A DNA stretch of 64,000 nt, taken from assembly GCA_040285855.1 (NCBI GenBank), contig JAUFOQ010000013.1, forward strand, positions 496,001-560,000, read 5' to 3'. The stretch's first letter is position 1. Each line of letters begins with the position of its first letter. The translations under genes and the position numbers were made by a program. The notes beneath the pieces are model-generated. The model made no database searches and was not told the DNA's origin. It saw only the letters and a program-made list of their open reading frames with translations. The DNA comes from Eukaryota sp. GEM-RC1 (lineage: Eukaryota). Shown one piece after another: positions 1-12,067 of the stretch.

Positions 1-231
1 ACAATAGTTCTAAAACATGAAGAAAATTTTGTCTAGTGAGCTGAATTACTCCTTAATTTCTTTAAAACTCAGTACATATACCGTTTTCCATTTGGTTGAT
101 TCTTCTACAATGTAGTTGAAATCTTCTATAAGCAGCTATAAAAAAATTAACAATGGTAGATCAATGGGAAATCGAGAGGTGTATAATATCCGAAATGTGC
201 AATTTGAAAGTCAGTACTGTACAGTAATGGC

Positions 232-980
232 TAGGAATGTTAAATAGTTCAGTTCAGTTAAAAAAAATTGTGAACTGAACTATATGAACTGGAGCAAATA
301 TACCATTGTTTCCACAATGATATACCTAAGATCAAATCAACAAGTCATCAACAAGTACATGTAGTACACAATCGTTGCAAAGTTTAATAAAGCATCATGT
401 GAAAAACACACTGTAATTAGACATCAGCAATTAACCATGAGTGCAAGCAAACATGCGATAGAACGGAATCATCACTTAACCGGGGTCTTTTTTTACATGC
501 AATCAGTCCTGCAAGTAAAAACAAACGCTCAGACGCAACACTACTGGCTTGAATTGTTGCATTTCTCCAGCAAAGCGTTGACAATCTAGGGTAGACGTTG
601 TGATATAAGGTCCAATAGTGTAAAGGACTGGATGAAACATCACAAGTAGCTTCTGTGATATACTTGTTAAACACTTGCTTTCGACGATCTTCTTCTTTTT
701 CTGCTACTTCTTCCGCTTTCGGCTCTTCGCTGTAAATTTACCATTAAGAAAGGTAAATTTACCTAAAAAAACGGTAAATTTGATGTTTATACACTTACGT
801 TCTTACGTGGCTTTTAGTTGACCATTTCATAACACTATTGGGATACTTCATCCTACGTTCCTTATATGTGGTAAAAAAGTGTGTTTATGTAGTAATAAAA
901 AAATGGAATAAAATGTAAGTTCATTTAGTTCAGTTCAGTTCACGGAGGTGTGAACTGAACTGTACTAATTAAAATTCCTA
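232..980 (-). mobile_element. Non-autonomous, internally deleted hAT DNA transposon
   Basis: Imperfect TIRs (taggaatgttaaatagttcagttcagtt at 232; reverse complement ending ...aaaattccta at 980). 8-bp TSD gtaatggc/gtaattgc with 1 mismatch. Internal ORF 417-674 has the hAT dimerisation motif (PLHYW..YPRLS..ASSVASERLF..RL..CLHSW). Confidence 0.85.
417..674 (-). pseudogene. hAT transposase C-terminal dimerisation domain remnant
   Basis: Motifs W..YP.L, SS..SERLF, R.RL and CLHSW. Confidence 0.8.
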
Positions 981-1011
981 GTAATTGCTTTTAACTAAAT
1001 TTCTTGGTCGT

Positions 1012-2592
1012 ATGGAGTGTAAGCTCTGTTGCGAGTCCTTCACCAAGGATAATCTTCCTGTTATAATCTGTACAGACGGTCATACAGTTTGTCAACGATG
1101 CTGTTCCAAACTGAGAGCTTGTCCTTACCGCTGTAAGACGTTCTTACCCAATCCCATTATCAATCGAGAGCTTTTCTCACTTTTATCATCGGAAAATCTT
1201 ATCAAAAAGGGTTTAGAAGTGGATCGCTTGTTCCGTTTCGCCGGACTTTCTGATTCCGATGATCTTATACCTTTGATGAACTTCATCCTCAAGAATATGA
1301 CTATTGTCTTCCCACAATTACAACTGATTTTCCATCTGATTTTCGTGCAGCCGTTACTAACTTTGCGTCCCGTTTTTATGCTAAATTCCCTTTTCTCAAG
1401 TACATATCTATGGACAACTTGCTCATAGCTGGCGGTGCTGTTCAGAAAGTTATCTGTGGTCAAGATCTTGAGGACGTCTACTCAATCAGTGACATTGACT
1501 TCTTCATCTATGGAATTAACTCGACTGATCAAGCCACCGCAAGAGTCAATCAGTTCATTAATGAGTTAAAGGAACATTGCTCCTATGTAGTAAGAGGTTC
1601 GCATTGTATTACGGTAGACGCAGGATGCCAGATAATTCTCCGTCTTTACTCCTCTAAGTCAGAGATTCTACATGGCTTTGATCTAGGTTCAAGTCAAGTT
1701 GGTTTTGATGGGAAACAGTTGTATACCACTACTCTTGGTAAGTTGTCATATACTTATATGATTAATATTGTAGATCCCTCAAGAAGATCCACTTCTTATG
1801 AATATAGATTAGGAAAGTATTTAAAGCGTGGTTTTAAGATCGTCCTTCCTAATCTTGATGTGAAGAAGATGAGAAACAAAATTCAGGAAGATTCTTTTTT
1901 CAGTGGCTTACCTTATCTTCTATTGGAGTTTGAAGAGAGTCATGGCGAGGGAAACAATATTGTCGTGGAGAATGTGGAGAGTGACAGTAAAGTTTCAGTC
2001 AAATCAGACTATGGACTGACAAACACAGTGAAGCCTAAAGATGCTGAAGGAAATATTTTCGATTCCCCTAAGCGTAATTGTCTTGATGAGCTCTTACCCG
2101 TTTTGTTTCAAAATGTTCAATCAATAGTTACTGGAAAGTTACAGTTTTTTTCATTGTCATTTCCCTTGGAAAAAGGTTTCACTGATGTTCGTCATATTCC
2201 TTTCTTTTGGGGTTTGGATACTACAAACAGCTTTGCAGATATTTCAAATTTCTACAAGAGTAGAACACTTGTGTCAACTAAAGGTGACCTTAAAATTACT
2301 TCATTGAAAAAGTTCTTCAATGTGGTTCCAATATCTGAAGTAATTGATCTCTTTTATTCACCAAACATCTCTTTTGCACGAAAACTTCAGTATCTTGAAA
2401 ATTTAAAAGAAAAAACAAATCAAGGAAGTTGTTAAGTGTGTTCAACAGAACCTTTTTGAGTCAAGAAGAACTCTAACATTTATTACTGAGAATCCTGGTA
2501 CCCAGCTCACGTCATCAATCAATCCGATTATTGATGATCCCATTTCTTATTACGGTGATTATTTTACCTCTAATCCCATGGATCAGATGTAG
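1012..2592 (+). pseudogene. RING finger fused to a nucleotidyltransferase-like domain; two frameshifts (about 1268 and about 2412), pseudogene or assembly error
   Basis: ATG at 1012: MECKLC..ICTDGHTVCQRC..CPYRC. A frame switch gives ..KFPFLKYISMDNLLIAGGAV..SDIDFFIYG..QIILRLY..EILHGFDL. A second switch gives ..ENPGTQLTSSINPIIDDPISYYG..TAG at 2592. Confidence 0.7.
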
Positions 2593-3879
2593 ACTAGATC
2601 ATTTAGTGCCACTTGTTTCAAGAAAAGCTATCCAAAAGCAACTTCACCTGTTTGTTTCTGCAATATACTTAACTAAAGTTATTCTAAGGATGAGTTTTGC
2701 ATGTAAGTTTCATTGAAGTGAACCACACATCTTTAATGATATTAAAATTTCTTTTTGTTACAACTTTAAATTTGAGTCAACAACATTCGTCTAGGTGAAG
2801 TTATTAAAACAAACAAATTACAGTGTCATACATTCATAAAAGGTCTGGTCCAGTAAGCTTTGTGTTTGTTGTTAGGCTGATCTCAGATAGCCCGTAACTG
2901 ATGAAATGGTTAGCCACAGGTGTTAGTGAAGTATTACTAGTACGTATAATTTGATTTATAACCCTTTTTTAGACACCCTTTGCCTTCCCATTCACACCTT
3001 TATGTATTAAAATTGCTTCAGTGCAGAGTTTTGAGACCAATCTCTTACTCGTGACATACATGTATTAGTAGTTTTCGTTACATAATTTGATGAGAATTTT
3101 ACTGCCCCTTAAATGATCTCGTTCAGTATGATTGAATAGTAGAATGATAGGACATTGTCGAAAAGAAATGATGCAGAAACAAGCGAAATAAACTTGCTAA
3201 TTACACAGGTCCGTATTTTAGAGTATTTTGGTGTTATTGTATACCTGTCAAGTGATTGATCACCCTCAGTTTTGTACACTTTATTGAAAAAATTCCGCCT
3301 GTTTTATGCAGTTATCCTCAGTTTCAGACACGACATGCCAGACCATATGCATGTAGTTAAGATTTAATCACATTTTGAGTGTTTCAATTTTGAGCACATA
3401 AAATAACTTATATATACCAACAATACACCAATATAACACGTTCTGTTGCAGATACTCACCATACACTGCAATTCTTGATGAAAAGCGCGTGAGCACTTAA
3501 GAATATACAATTATCACATGAGTCAACTTGAACCACATCAACTTCATGTTGATCAAATCTCCTTCATTCTCTTCTGTATCTAACTTCGATGCTTCAAGGT
3601 CATTATCTCCAAATACATCGACTCCTCACTCGGAAAACTTCCTTGAAAGCCTTCCTGATAATTGACTAACACACAGTCATGAGCTCGTTGACTGCTCATT
3701 CGGTCACGTTTTTCGTACAGATCACTTACAAAGGCGAGTAGATATTTTGAGCACAGAGTGTTAGGATAAGTAAATTGGCTCCAACTTTAATGTCCTTAAG
3801 GAAACGTTTAATTTCAAAACCAGAGACGAAATTACAACAATAAGTACTAGTACCTGTAAATAGTTAACTTAATAGTAAT

Positions 3880-4119
3880 TATGAAATTGATTTGAGTAAG
3901 TGAAAACCTAGATTGAGGACGGTTTTGGAAAAAATTAGGAATGTTTCAGTTAGTGAGGTTAATCTTGGGGGTAACTATATTGGTAATGAAGGTGCCATTG
4001 CATTGGCTGATGCTTTGAAGGTGAATACCACTGTTACTGAGATTGATCTTCGGAGTAACTCTATTGACTCTGAGACTGAACAACTCATCAAAAGAATCTC
4101 AAATAAACGGATCAAGTGA
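3880..4119 (+). pseudogene. Diverged solitary LRR cassette of the same family (N-cap, one full LRR, C-cap)
   Basis: EIDLSK*KPRLRTVLEKIRNVSVSEVNLGGNYIGNEGAIALADALKVNTTVTEIDLRSNSIDSETEQLIKRISNKRIK parallels the TRIM-LRR N-cap, repeat and C-cap. Confidence 0.7.
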
Positions 4120-4799
4120 TAATTCTCTTTTGTTAATTAACTACTTGTCAATTGATGACGTTTACTTTCTCCATCATCATCTTCAGTATGTATTCTTATT
4201 GAAATATTGTATAAAATTTAGAAAGTTCATTTTCATACAATAAACTTCTGGAAATCTTTGGATATGTTTGTCCTATTGCCAAGTTTTATAATGATGTTTC
4301 AACTTACTAACCTATCCTAAACCTACTAGTATTTAGTCATTGCTGGAGCTGTGTAACTTTACTCCAACTCAAGTCACTCGTAGACTTCACTTCACACTAA
4401 AGTTATTGATATTTTCATTTGCAAGATTCCTCCCGTTTGATTTGGCTGTCACGTCTTGATGGAAGATGATTATGAAGTACTTGATGAAGTTCAGCGGTTG
4501 CCTCAGATTCTTTCAAGAAGGATGTGTGAAATGATGTTTGTAATAGTACGAGATGTATTTGTGAGACACAATTACCAAAAATTGTACTTATGAATTAAAG
4601 TTATGAAAGATTTGTTGATTAATGTACAGTCCATAAATCTTGCTACTAGTACATTAAACCATCAATGGTACATCATAATTCACAAGAACTCGAACTCTTA
4701 TAAATAACAATTAACTGAAATCTGGAAAAGAAAAATCGTTGAAAATACACTTTGATTTTATACAAGAAACTCAACTTAGTCCAAAAACACCTTAAATAT

Positions 4800-5585
4800 T
4801 TACAATAATTTTAAATCTTTCGGAGTTGAATAATCAAAAACTATTGTCGTCCAAGTAAACCAACCACAGAACAAAAGCGTAAAGAAATTCCTAGACAAAT
4901 AAGTCATACAAAAGAACCCAACACAATTGAGAATCAACACCCAATACTCAGCTTTCATCTTCTTACTAACAAAAGGCAGAGTCATGATGAAGGAGAGCAA
5001 AGTGGAGAAAGCAAAGACAACCATTGCTCTGATCAATCCCTTAGAAACGACCATTCCTCCACACTTAGGAGAGAACATTCCACGAGAAGAAAGTATAGAA
5101 AGGGTAAGAAGGAGAAGCCAGACGATGGAAGCTTTGAGGGGTTTGACTGGGGTGTCTTTGGAGCGGGTGAAGAAGCATTTACAGAACTCCAGACCAAAGA
5201 AGGAAATCCACGTGGCAAGAACAATGAGTTGTCTGTTAGTGATACCGTGATAACATTGGAAGTGAGGATCTGAAGGAGGGAGGGATGGTTGGAGGAAGAC
5301 TAGGTAGGAAGCAAAGAGAGTGGCAGTGAGAAGAGGGATGATATGGCTAATGAGGGAGACGAAACGAACTGATATAGAGCGTTCAGGTTTAACATAGACA
5401 GAGAGTGATTCTTCTGATGGTATGTCAAATGGTTGAGCAAAGGTAGCTCGTTGACCATTAATGAAGATCTTGACTGAACGATTCTTTGGAAGAAGACTAT
5501 GAGCGAATGAGATTACGTCTGAAGACGTTTTGATGGGAGTTTCATGCACACCCTTTAATAATCCTGAGAAATGGAGCGTGGTCAT
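4800..5585 (-). CDS. Multi-pass membrane protein, possibly a divergent TECR/Tsc13 (steroid 5-alpha-reductase family)-like protein
   Basis: Intact ORF from ATG at 5585. A soluble N-terminus of about 70 aa is followed by several hydrophobic segments, with spacing reminiscent of TECR (VYVK..SIS.R.V....I.PLL; QL..LATW..F; Y....L..VGF..MT). Confidence 0.55.
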   Translation of the reverse strand: MTTLHFSGLLKGVHETPIKTSSDVISFAHSLLPKNRSVKIFINGQRATFAQPFDIPSEESLSVYVKPERSISVRFVSLISHIIPLLTATLFASYLVFLQPSLPPSDPHFQCYHGITNRQLIVLATWISFFGLEFCKCFFTRSKDTPVKPLKASIVWLLLLTLSILSSRGMFSPKCGGMVVSKGLIRAMVVFAFSTLLSFIMTLPFVSKKMKAEYWVLILNCVGFFCMTYLSRNFFTLLFCGWFTWTTIVFDYSTPKDLKLL

Positions 5586-5900
5586 AAGCAAGAAATTAAG
5601 ATTCTAGGCACACCTTTGAAGATTTGACTAGAACTATGGTACTTCAATTACTGATTCTGACATGATTCATCCAACATGACGTGATGGATGAGTCAACAGA
5701 TATCTGCTTGGATATCTACAGTATAACTTCTTAAAGGTTCGCATTCTTGGAAGTGACATTTTTCTTGTCATTGTTTCAAATCTGATTTTACGGGATTCAC
5801 TTCAGTAGCTGAAGCAACTTCCGTTACCTTGAATTTCTCTCTATATTGTTTAAATCAGAACGAACTTTCTGCATGAGTTCCAAAAGTAGTAATTTTAAGT

Positions 5901-6519
5901 CTAATTATTGAAGAAAACGATGTATAAGACAAGGACTGATTTTGGGTCATCAAATTGATGGAATTCTTCCGTTTTCTTGACACGAGTTAATTGTGGTAGA
6001 GGTAGAATGAATTGATTGAATTTTTCTGAGTAACGTTCAAGATTACCTGCCGTAGAAAACATACCTTCATCAACATCATTGATAACATCTTTTCCAAAGT
6101 TCAAGATAAATTTGTGGCAATTTTCAAATTTTCCAGCATCAAGATTCTTTCGGAACTCCACTCGTTGTTTGATTTGATCAGCCAAAGTATCAAAAAACAT
6201 AGAGTCTTCACTTAAGGAAGTTTCATCGAGCTCACAGTAAAACGGTGTAAACCCATCATACGTAGAAGTAGATAAAAAAATAAGCTTCTGTGTCAAGTGA
6301 CGGAGAAAAATATCCACAGAGTTGAAGCAGTGCTGAGCCATACCAGCAACCAGCAAAGCCACGATGGTACCTAGCTTTTGGATCTTCTGAGTCACCAATA
6401 AAACCAAACTCAAAGTCAAAGTCGATTTGAGCAGATTCGTCGTCCTTAGATCCTCGCCACAAAATGTTTTGAGAGTGGATGTCCCCACGGTAGATGTTAT
6501 TTTTGTGAAGGAAGGTCAT
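5901..6519 (-). pseudogene. Protein-kinase-like fragment, frameshifted
   Basis: FLHKNNIYRGDIHSQNILW...QIDFDF resembles the catalytic loop and DFG region; it continues in another frame (5901-6488). Confidence 0.55.
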
Positions 6520-7734
6520 ATACTGACAATAAAAGGGGTTTATATCTTATTACGTATTTAGAGAAGTGGAACGTAACAACTAGTGTTGTTTGAAAAGTGT
6601 AAATCAATTTTAGATGTTTATGTAGTATGTATATCGTTACTTACAAGTAGCAATAGCAGTTGTACTGATTAGAAAATTGGTATAATGTAGTTGTCAAAAA
6701 GCATTTAAAGTCATAATATAGTATGATAGACAATACCATAAGTGGTAAACGGTGGTCAACGAGCAGAAGGTTATAGTAGTAATAACTTCATGACAGACAA
6801 CATGTTCTTAGATCTAACTAGTCAACTTTGGTTCTACTTTAGAACTACACCAATCCCTAATGACAGTACAATATATAGGTTGTGTTGGAGAATACTTCAA
6901 TATCGGTATCTTGACGAGGAATAATTTCAAAGACTTTGTGCATACGTGGCCCAAGTGAATTGCACCAAGAAACCCAAGAAATTCAATGCACTCCAAATGA
7001 TCAAGCATTTGTTTCAAAACGTTCTAATCACGGTCTAATCGATTACATCGACAAATTGCTGCTCAACTTTCAGATTTGGGGGAACTAAAGCAAAAGTATG
7101 ATTTTTTAATCAAATGTTAATGACGTAACTAATATGTGTGGCTCAAATTTTATGCTGTTTGGAGTTACATCAGATCCAATTTTTCAATAAGCACTGTCAA
7201 TGTCATTTGTAATTTAGTACAGTTATTTTGAAATTTTAATAGACATGGAAGTTGGAAAAAATCAACATTTTAAACCTTTTGCGTTGGAGATATTTACTCT
7301 GTTAGCTGTTAAACTGATCATGTAGTTGATTTTATCTGTAACTGAAAGATGTTGATGGCCAACTATTCACTACAATGAATACAATGAATACAAGTTTACA
7401 CGAAGCAGACATCGGATTTATTCTGATGATTGAAAAAACCAAATTTCGAATATCCCCGAATATTTTAAGACTGTATATGAATTATTTATGGTGTGCATAC
7501 ATTTGAGCGTAACAATATTTACACAACTTTTTGTTGGTTTACTTATCATAAAAGGCTGTCGTATGATGTGCTTGTCTATACAAACAAAACCTTTTATGAA
7601 GGTAAAACTCCAATTAAGGTCTGCCCAAAGGCTTGAATTAATGAAAAGGTCGACTATAAGAAAATGTGGTGTGTTTTGTCACATTTTGTCACACAATTAA
7701 GATTTTAAATTACATTTGTCACATTTCTAGTTTT

Positions 7735-8165
7735 AGCCTGTTGATCCTTGTACATTGTAATTCCAGGTCTATTTCTAAAAAAAATTGGTGATGAATTTTC
7801 TGCTGTTGAAGTGGCTGAAAAAGGAAACATTCAAAGTACTACCACTTAAGTAACCAATTGAATGTTGACAGGTACAATTCTTTTGTGTTTCAACCTTTTG
7901 CGATGTCGATATATGATGATATTGGACCAGCTGCACAAGGTTTTTTAACCTCCTTTGGAAAAGATAGGTTCTGAGTACGGTGAATTTTCAATGAAGATGT
8001 TTGGTTGAGTAGGTTTACGTTTACGTTATTTCGTTCCATGCACAGATACTTTAATTCCATTTTAGGTATTTTGCTCAATGATGGACATAAGATTCATAGT
8101 TTAGATACTTTAGTCAGTGTATGTTAGTTATTAGTTTCTGTAAATCCAATTATTTCACTGATCGA
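7735..8165 (+). mobile_element. Decayed 3' fragment of an RLE-type non-LTR retrotransposon
   Basis: Clear nucleotide similarity to the inserts at 16006-16589 and its copies (ctgttgatccttgta..gaagtggctgaaaaagga..caaccttttgcgatgtcgatatatg..). Confidence 0.8.
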
Positions 8166-8571
8166 ATTATTTTAAAAACTGTTGATCATTGAGTCCAGTT
8201 ATTCCATCTTAATTCATTGTTTCGATATCCAAAAACAAAAGCAGTAACGTAAAATAACAAGTAATTGGATTTTTTCCATAGATCTAGAAATCCATCGTAG
8301 TCTTTCTGTGAAACTTCTTGATAAGCATCTGTTTGTCTGCGAAAACCTTGGGTATTGAGAGATTACCTTTAGTTGATTACATTGTTAACACAAGAAGAGA
8401 TAAAGACTGCGATGGTGAAGTCTTAGACATTGGTGTTGACGATTAGTAGGTTCCTTTCAATTAATTTTTGGTCTTACTAAATGGCATCACAAATAGGATT
8501 CCTTTTATTACAAAATATGGAATCTGGATGTAAATTAGTTTTCATTAAATGATATCATATTTACTGCAACT

Positions 8572-9055
8572 TTAGTACTGGTATAATGTAGAAAAACCGG
8601 GTTGTTTATAATCTCTGTGGTGACTTTTTACATGAGAGAACAGATTTTGATAGCCCGATTTTGCGGCTATCCAGATGACAACATCGATGTTCTTTTTCTT
8701 ACATTCAACGCATCCCCAAGGTTCAGTTCCGCGAGCAGAAGCAGGGCCAACAAGTTGTGGATCAAGTAGCCGAAAGTAATGTTCAGCAACAAGTTTTGGT
8801 TTGATAGTCATCAAGAAAAAAAAGAACAACTAAAATTTCTTTAGCCATTTTGTTCCATGATGGTGTGCTCAACTGTTTGTATCCTTGGTTACAAAACTGA
8901 GACAGTACTGTACGAATTGAAATGAAGAAAGTTCGATATTTGCAAATGAAAACACAACAATTTGGCATGAAAATATATTGTCACAATATTGCAATATATT
9001 GCAATATTATTGCATATTGCGATTTGAGACAATACATATATTGTTGACCCAGCTG
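8572..9055 (-). mobile_element. hAT-like element end with BED zinc-finger remnant
   Basis: ORF 8572-8829: HYF..WGCVEC..SGYQNLFSHVKSHH. Clustered caatat/atattg subterminal repeats at 8980-9045 end in ..gacccagctg. Confidence 0.55.
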
Positions 9056-11498
9056 CTGACAATAAATAAATAAATTATATTTATTGCAATAAATAAAATA
9101 AAAATATATTTTTTAACATCCCTGATTTGAGCTCGAGTACGGTTTAATTGTGGGCGAGATTGTAGAGGGATTGGTAAACCCAATTGGTTATGATGAGATC
9201 TAGGAGCCATAGTCAGTACAAGGGAGGAGTGTTTTGACTTTATACTCATTAATAGTCAGATAATTAAAAATAGTAAATAATGATTTAATTTAATGTTTTA
9301 TATGAATACGTCAAATAATAAGTTATTTTCAGAAACGGAACTCTATTCAGTCGGGCTCAAATTTAGAGCCCCTATCAATTGGGGCTCTATTCGGTAGTTG
9401 ACTGTATATACATAATAGCACTCCGTGTTTTAAAAAGCTCTATTAGCTCTCAATATTTTTTATGAAGAAAAAGCTGATGTGAGAATTACTGCCAATGAAT
9501 GTTGCTCTTATGATATTACGTTCTAGTTTTTGTGTTTTTCTTTCTGTTTTTGTTCCATAAATCCATTAATAGTAACGTTGAATAAACTGTCAACTGTGGT
9601 CTATCCTCTGAATAGTGACACCCCAGGTCGAGAAGCCATGATTTTATGTGGTTTGAGCTTGAACACAACTGGACGTTGCCAAATTGAACGGTTAAAATCA
9701 GAGCTTCAAGAAATCATCAAAAAGGATCCTGATCAGTTTTATATCGCATTGAACGATTTGTAGTAATAGTGAAATAGAGTTTTCACATTGGTAATAAATC
9801 AAACAGATTATGCAAAACACTTCTATAGATATGTATTGTTCCAAGAATATACACAACACCAACCACAATTATATAAACCAAAATATGAAATTAATTCAAT
9901 CCACACTGAAAATTTCTTCAGAAAATTAGAGTAATCAAAATTAGTCTGCTCCACACTAATTAAACCAATTACTATAGTTGTATCTTTAGGTCATTTCAAA
10001 AGTATATTTAAAATGTATATTGATCAGAAAACCTCCTTGTCAAGTAAGTGGACATAAACAATGACGTGGAAATATACTGTGTAACGTCACGGCACATAAA
10101 AACTTGTGACGCAACGTGACGCATCTTGTGTCATTTACTACAAAAGACTGAGAGTTCAAGACGTCATATTTGATTACTTTACCACTTTGAATGGTAGGTG
10201 TAAACGTGAGCAAATATTAGATAATAACAATCATGTCCATAACTCGTAAAAACACTGCAGTTTTGAGGTGTTAGAGATAGACAGAGTTGACTCACTGACA
10301 AATCTTTTTTCAAGATTTCAAACAATGACAGACTCTCGAGAAGAAACTTTAAAGTAACGGTAAGACACCCTCGACTCTTCACTGTTCATGTGTTGGAAGA
10401 TCGATCAACGGGACCCTCATACTAGGGTAGAATGTAATCCAAAGAAGGAAGGGGGACGTGTGGAAATGTAAGAGACATGTGAGAGGACATATAAGCAACG
10501 CCATACTACCATTAAAAGTATCTTTCACGGCGACTTGAGGATGTAAGAGAGTGTGTGGAAGAGAATTCTCCCTCCCCATTATGAAACACTTCTCTCAATA
10601 GGGAATGCTGTTTTGAAAGCATTGTGGTTGCTGCGCCATCGTTTTAGTCGTGTTGGTTCTGTAGTAACGTCTTAATGGTTCTATCTATGGATATCCTTCC
10701 ACTTCCTCTCCTTGTGTCTCTTAACGTCAGCTTCATCTCCTTCGCCATCCTTTCCTCCCCCTTTACACTGTCATAGCTTCTCGTCGTCTTTCCGTCTCCT
10801 GACTCATTGATCTTCACATGGTTCTGTTATGATCTCTTCTTGGTGACGTCATCTACTACTATACCAACTTATCTTTCATATTCTTAAGATCACGTGTTCT
10901 TGTATTCTTGAAGTATTTTACTTTTAAGCATTACAGTGTCAAGCGTAATCATTTACTTCATTAAGAATAGCTATTTCCTATCTGCTTTTTCTCTTGAACT
11001 TTACTTTTCAGGGAAGTAAACGAAGTTCTATACACTTTATTATACTTGGTTTTTGATTCAATCACCATAAACTCTACATACTCATTGTACAAGATATCAC
11101 TGTTTTACTTGGCTCTAATTGTTGAGTATACAAGTATTTGTTATTGTTATTGAGGGTTATTTACTGAATTATTTGACAATCTGAATTGTTTATCACAATG
11201 TTTTTCTTTTAAAACCCAGTGTTATTTTTAGTATTCAGATTGTCTTATTTAATTTTATTTAAATACTTGCTTAATGTGTAGTTATATTCGATGGAGGAAG
11301 GAATTTTTCACCATTCAGAACTTCGCTTATTTTAAATTCATTTCTGTGTAATAATCGTTCACTTTTTTTAAAACATAAGTATTATTTATTATGGAATTAT
11401 TAGTTTGTTTAATATTTATTGGCACTTTATCATTTTGAAAAGAGGAAGCTCTTTACGACGATCATTCTAAATTATTATTCAGTCGTCATAATGATTCG

Positions 11499-12067
11499 TT
11501 ATTGAGAATTGACCAGTGTCAAACGTTTCCTTGTACGTTTAAATTTTTCTTGTTCTTTAAGTAATTCAGTGTCTGTCCATTGATTATCAGGAGCAAAGTG
11601 TTTAAAAACTGGGTTCAGTTCAGCAGTTGTTGATCCAATGATTGCGGATGACAAACCACGTATAATGCCAGAGTTTTTTAAATTAATTTTCATTACTGTG
11701 AGTAACAGATCGATATCTATGGTCCTGTTATGAACTTCATCAACAATGGCGAAGTAAGTGCAAAAATAACTGGTGACAATGTACATTTTCCTGATCCAGT
11801 TGAACCAGTGTTCATATAGGGCAAATCATTACTCCGATCAGAATTACAATAACACTTGATTAAATGGTTTAATAGTTCAGTAAAACTGTTCTTTCGAATG
11901 GGAGTCGAGACAAAGGATAATTTATGATCTCGTTGAGCATGAAACAGAACATTCATCAAACTAGACAATGTGAAATGGTCTCTACTAGCATATTGTTTCC
12001 AGTGAGTTATGATAGTTGGAGTAATTTGAGTAATAATGTCACATTTTAAATCCATCAGCTCAGACAT
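11499..12067 (-). pseudogene. DEAH-box helicase remnant
   Basis: TGSTGSGK Walker A (ORF 11717-12067) and AIVDEVHNRTIDIDLLL..LSSA (ORF 11499-11786) lie in different frames and abnormally close together. Upstream ORFs at 12417-13703 may be pieces of the same decayed gene. Confidence 0.6.

Noticed and set aside
9340..9410. Short inverted repeats (gggctc/gagccc) ending in gactgta, possible pogo-like transposon end
   Set aside because: Only one end was found and there is no coding support.
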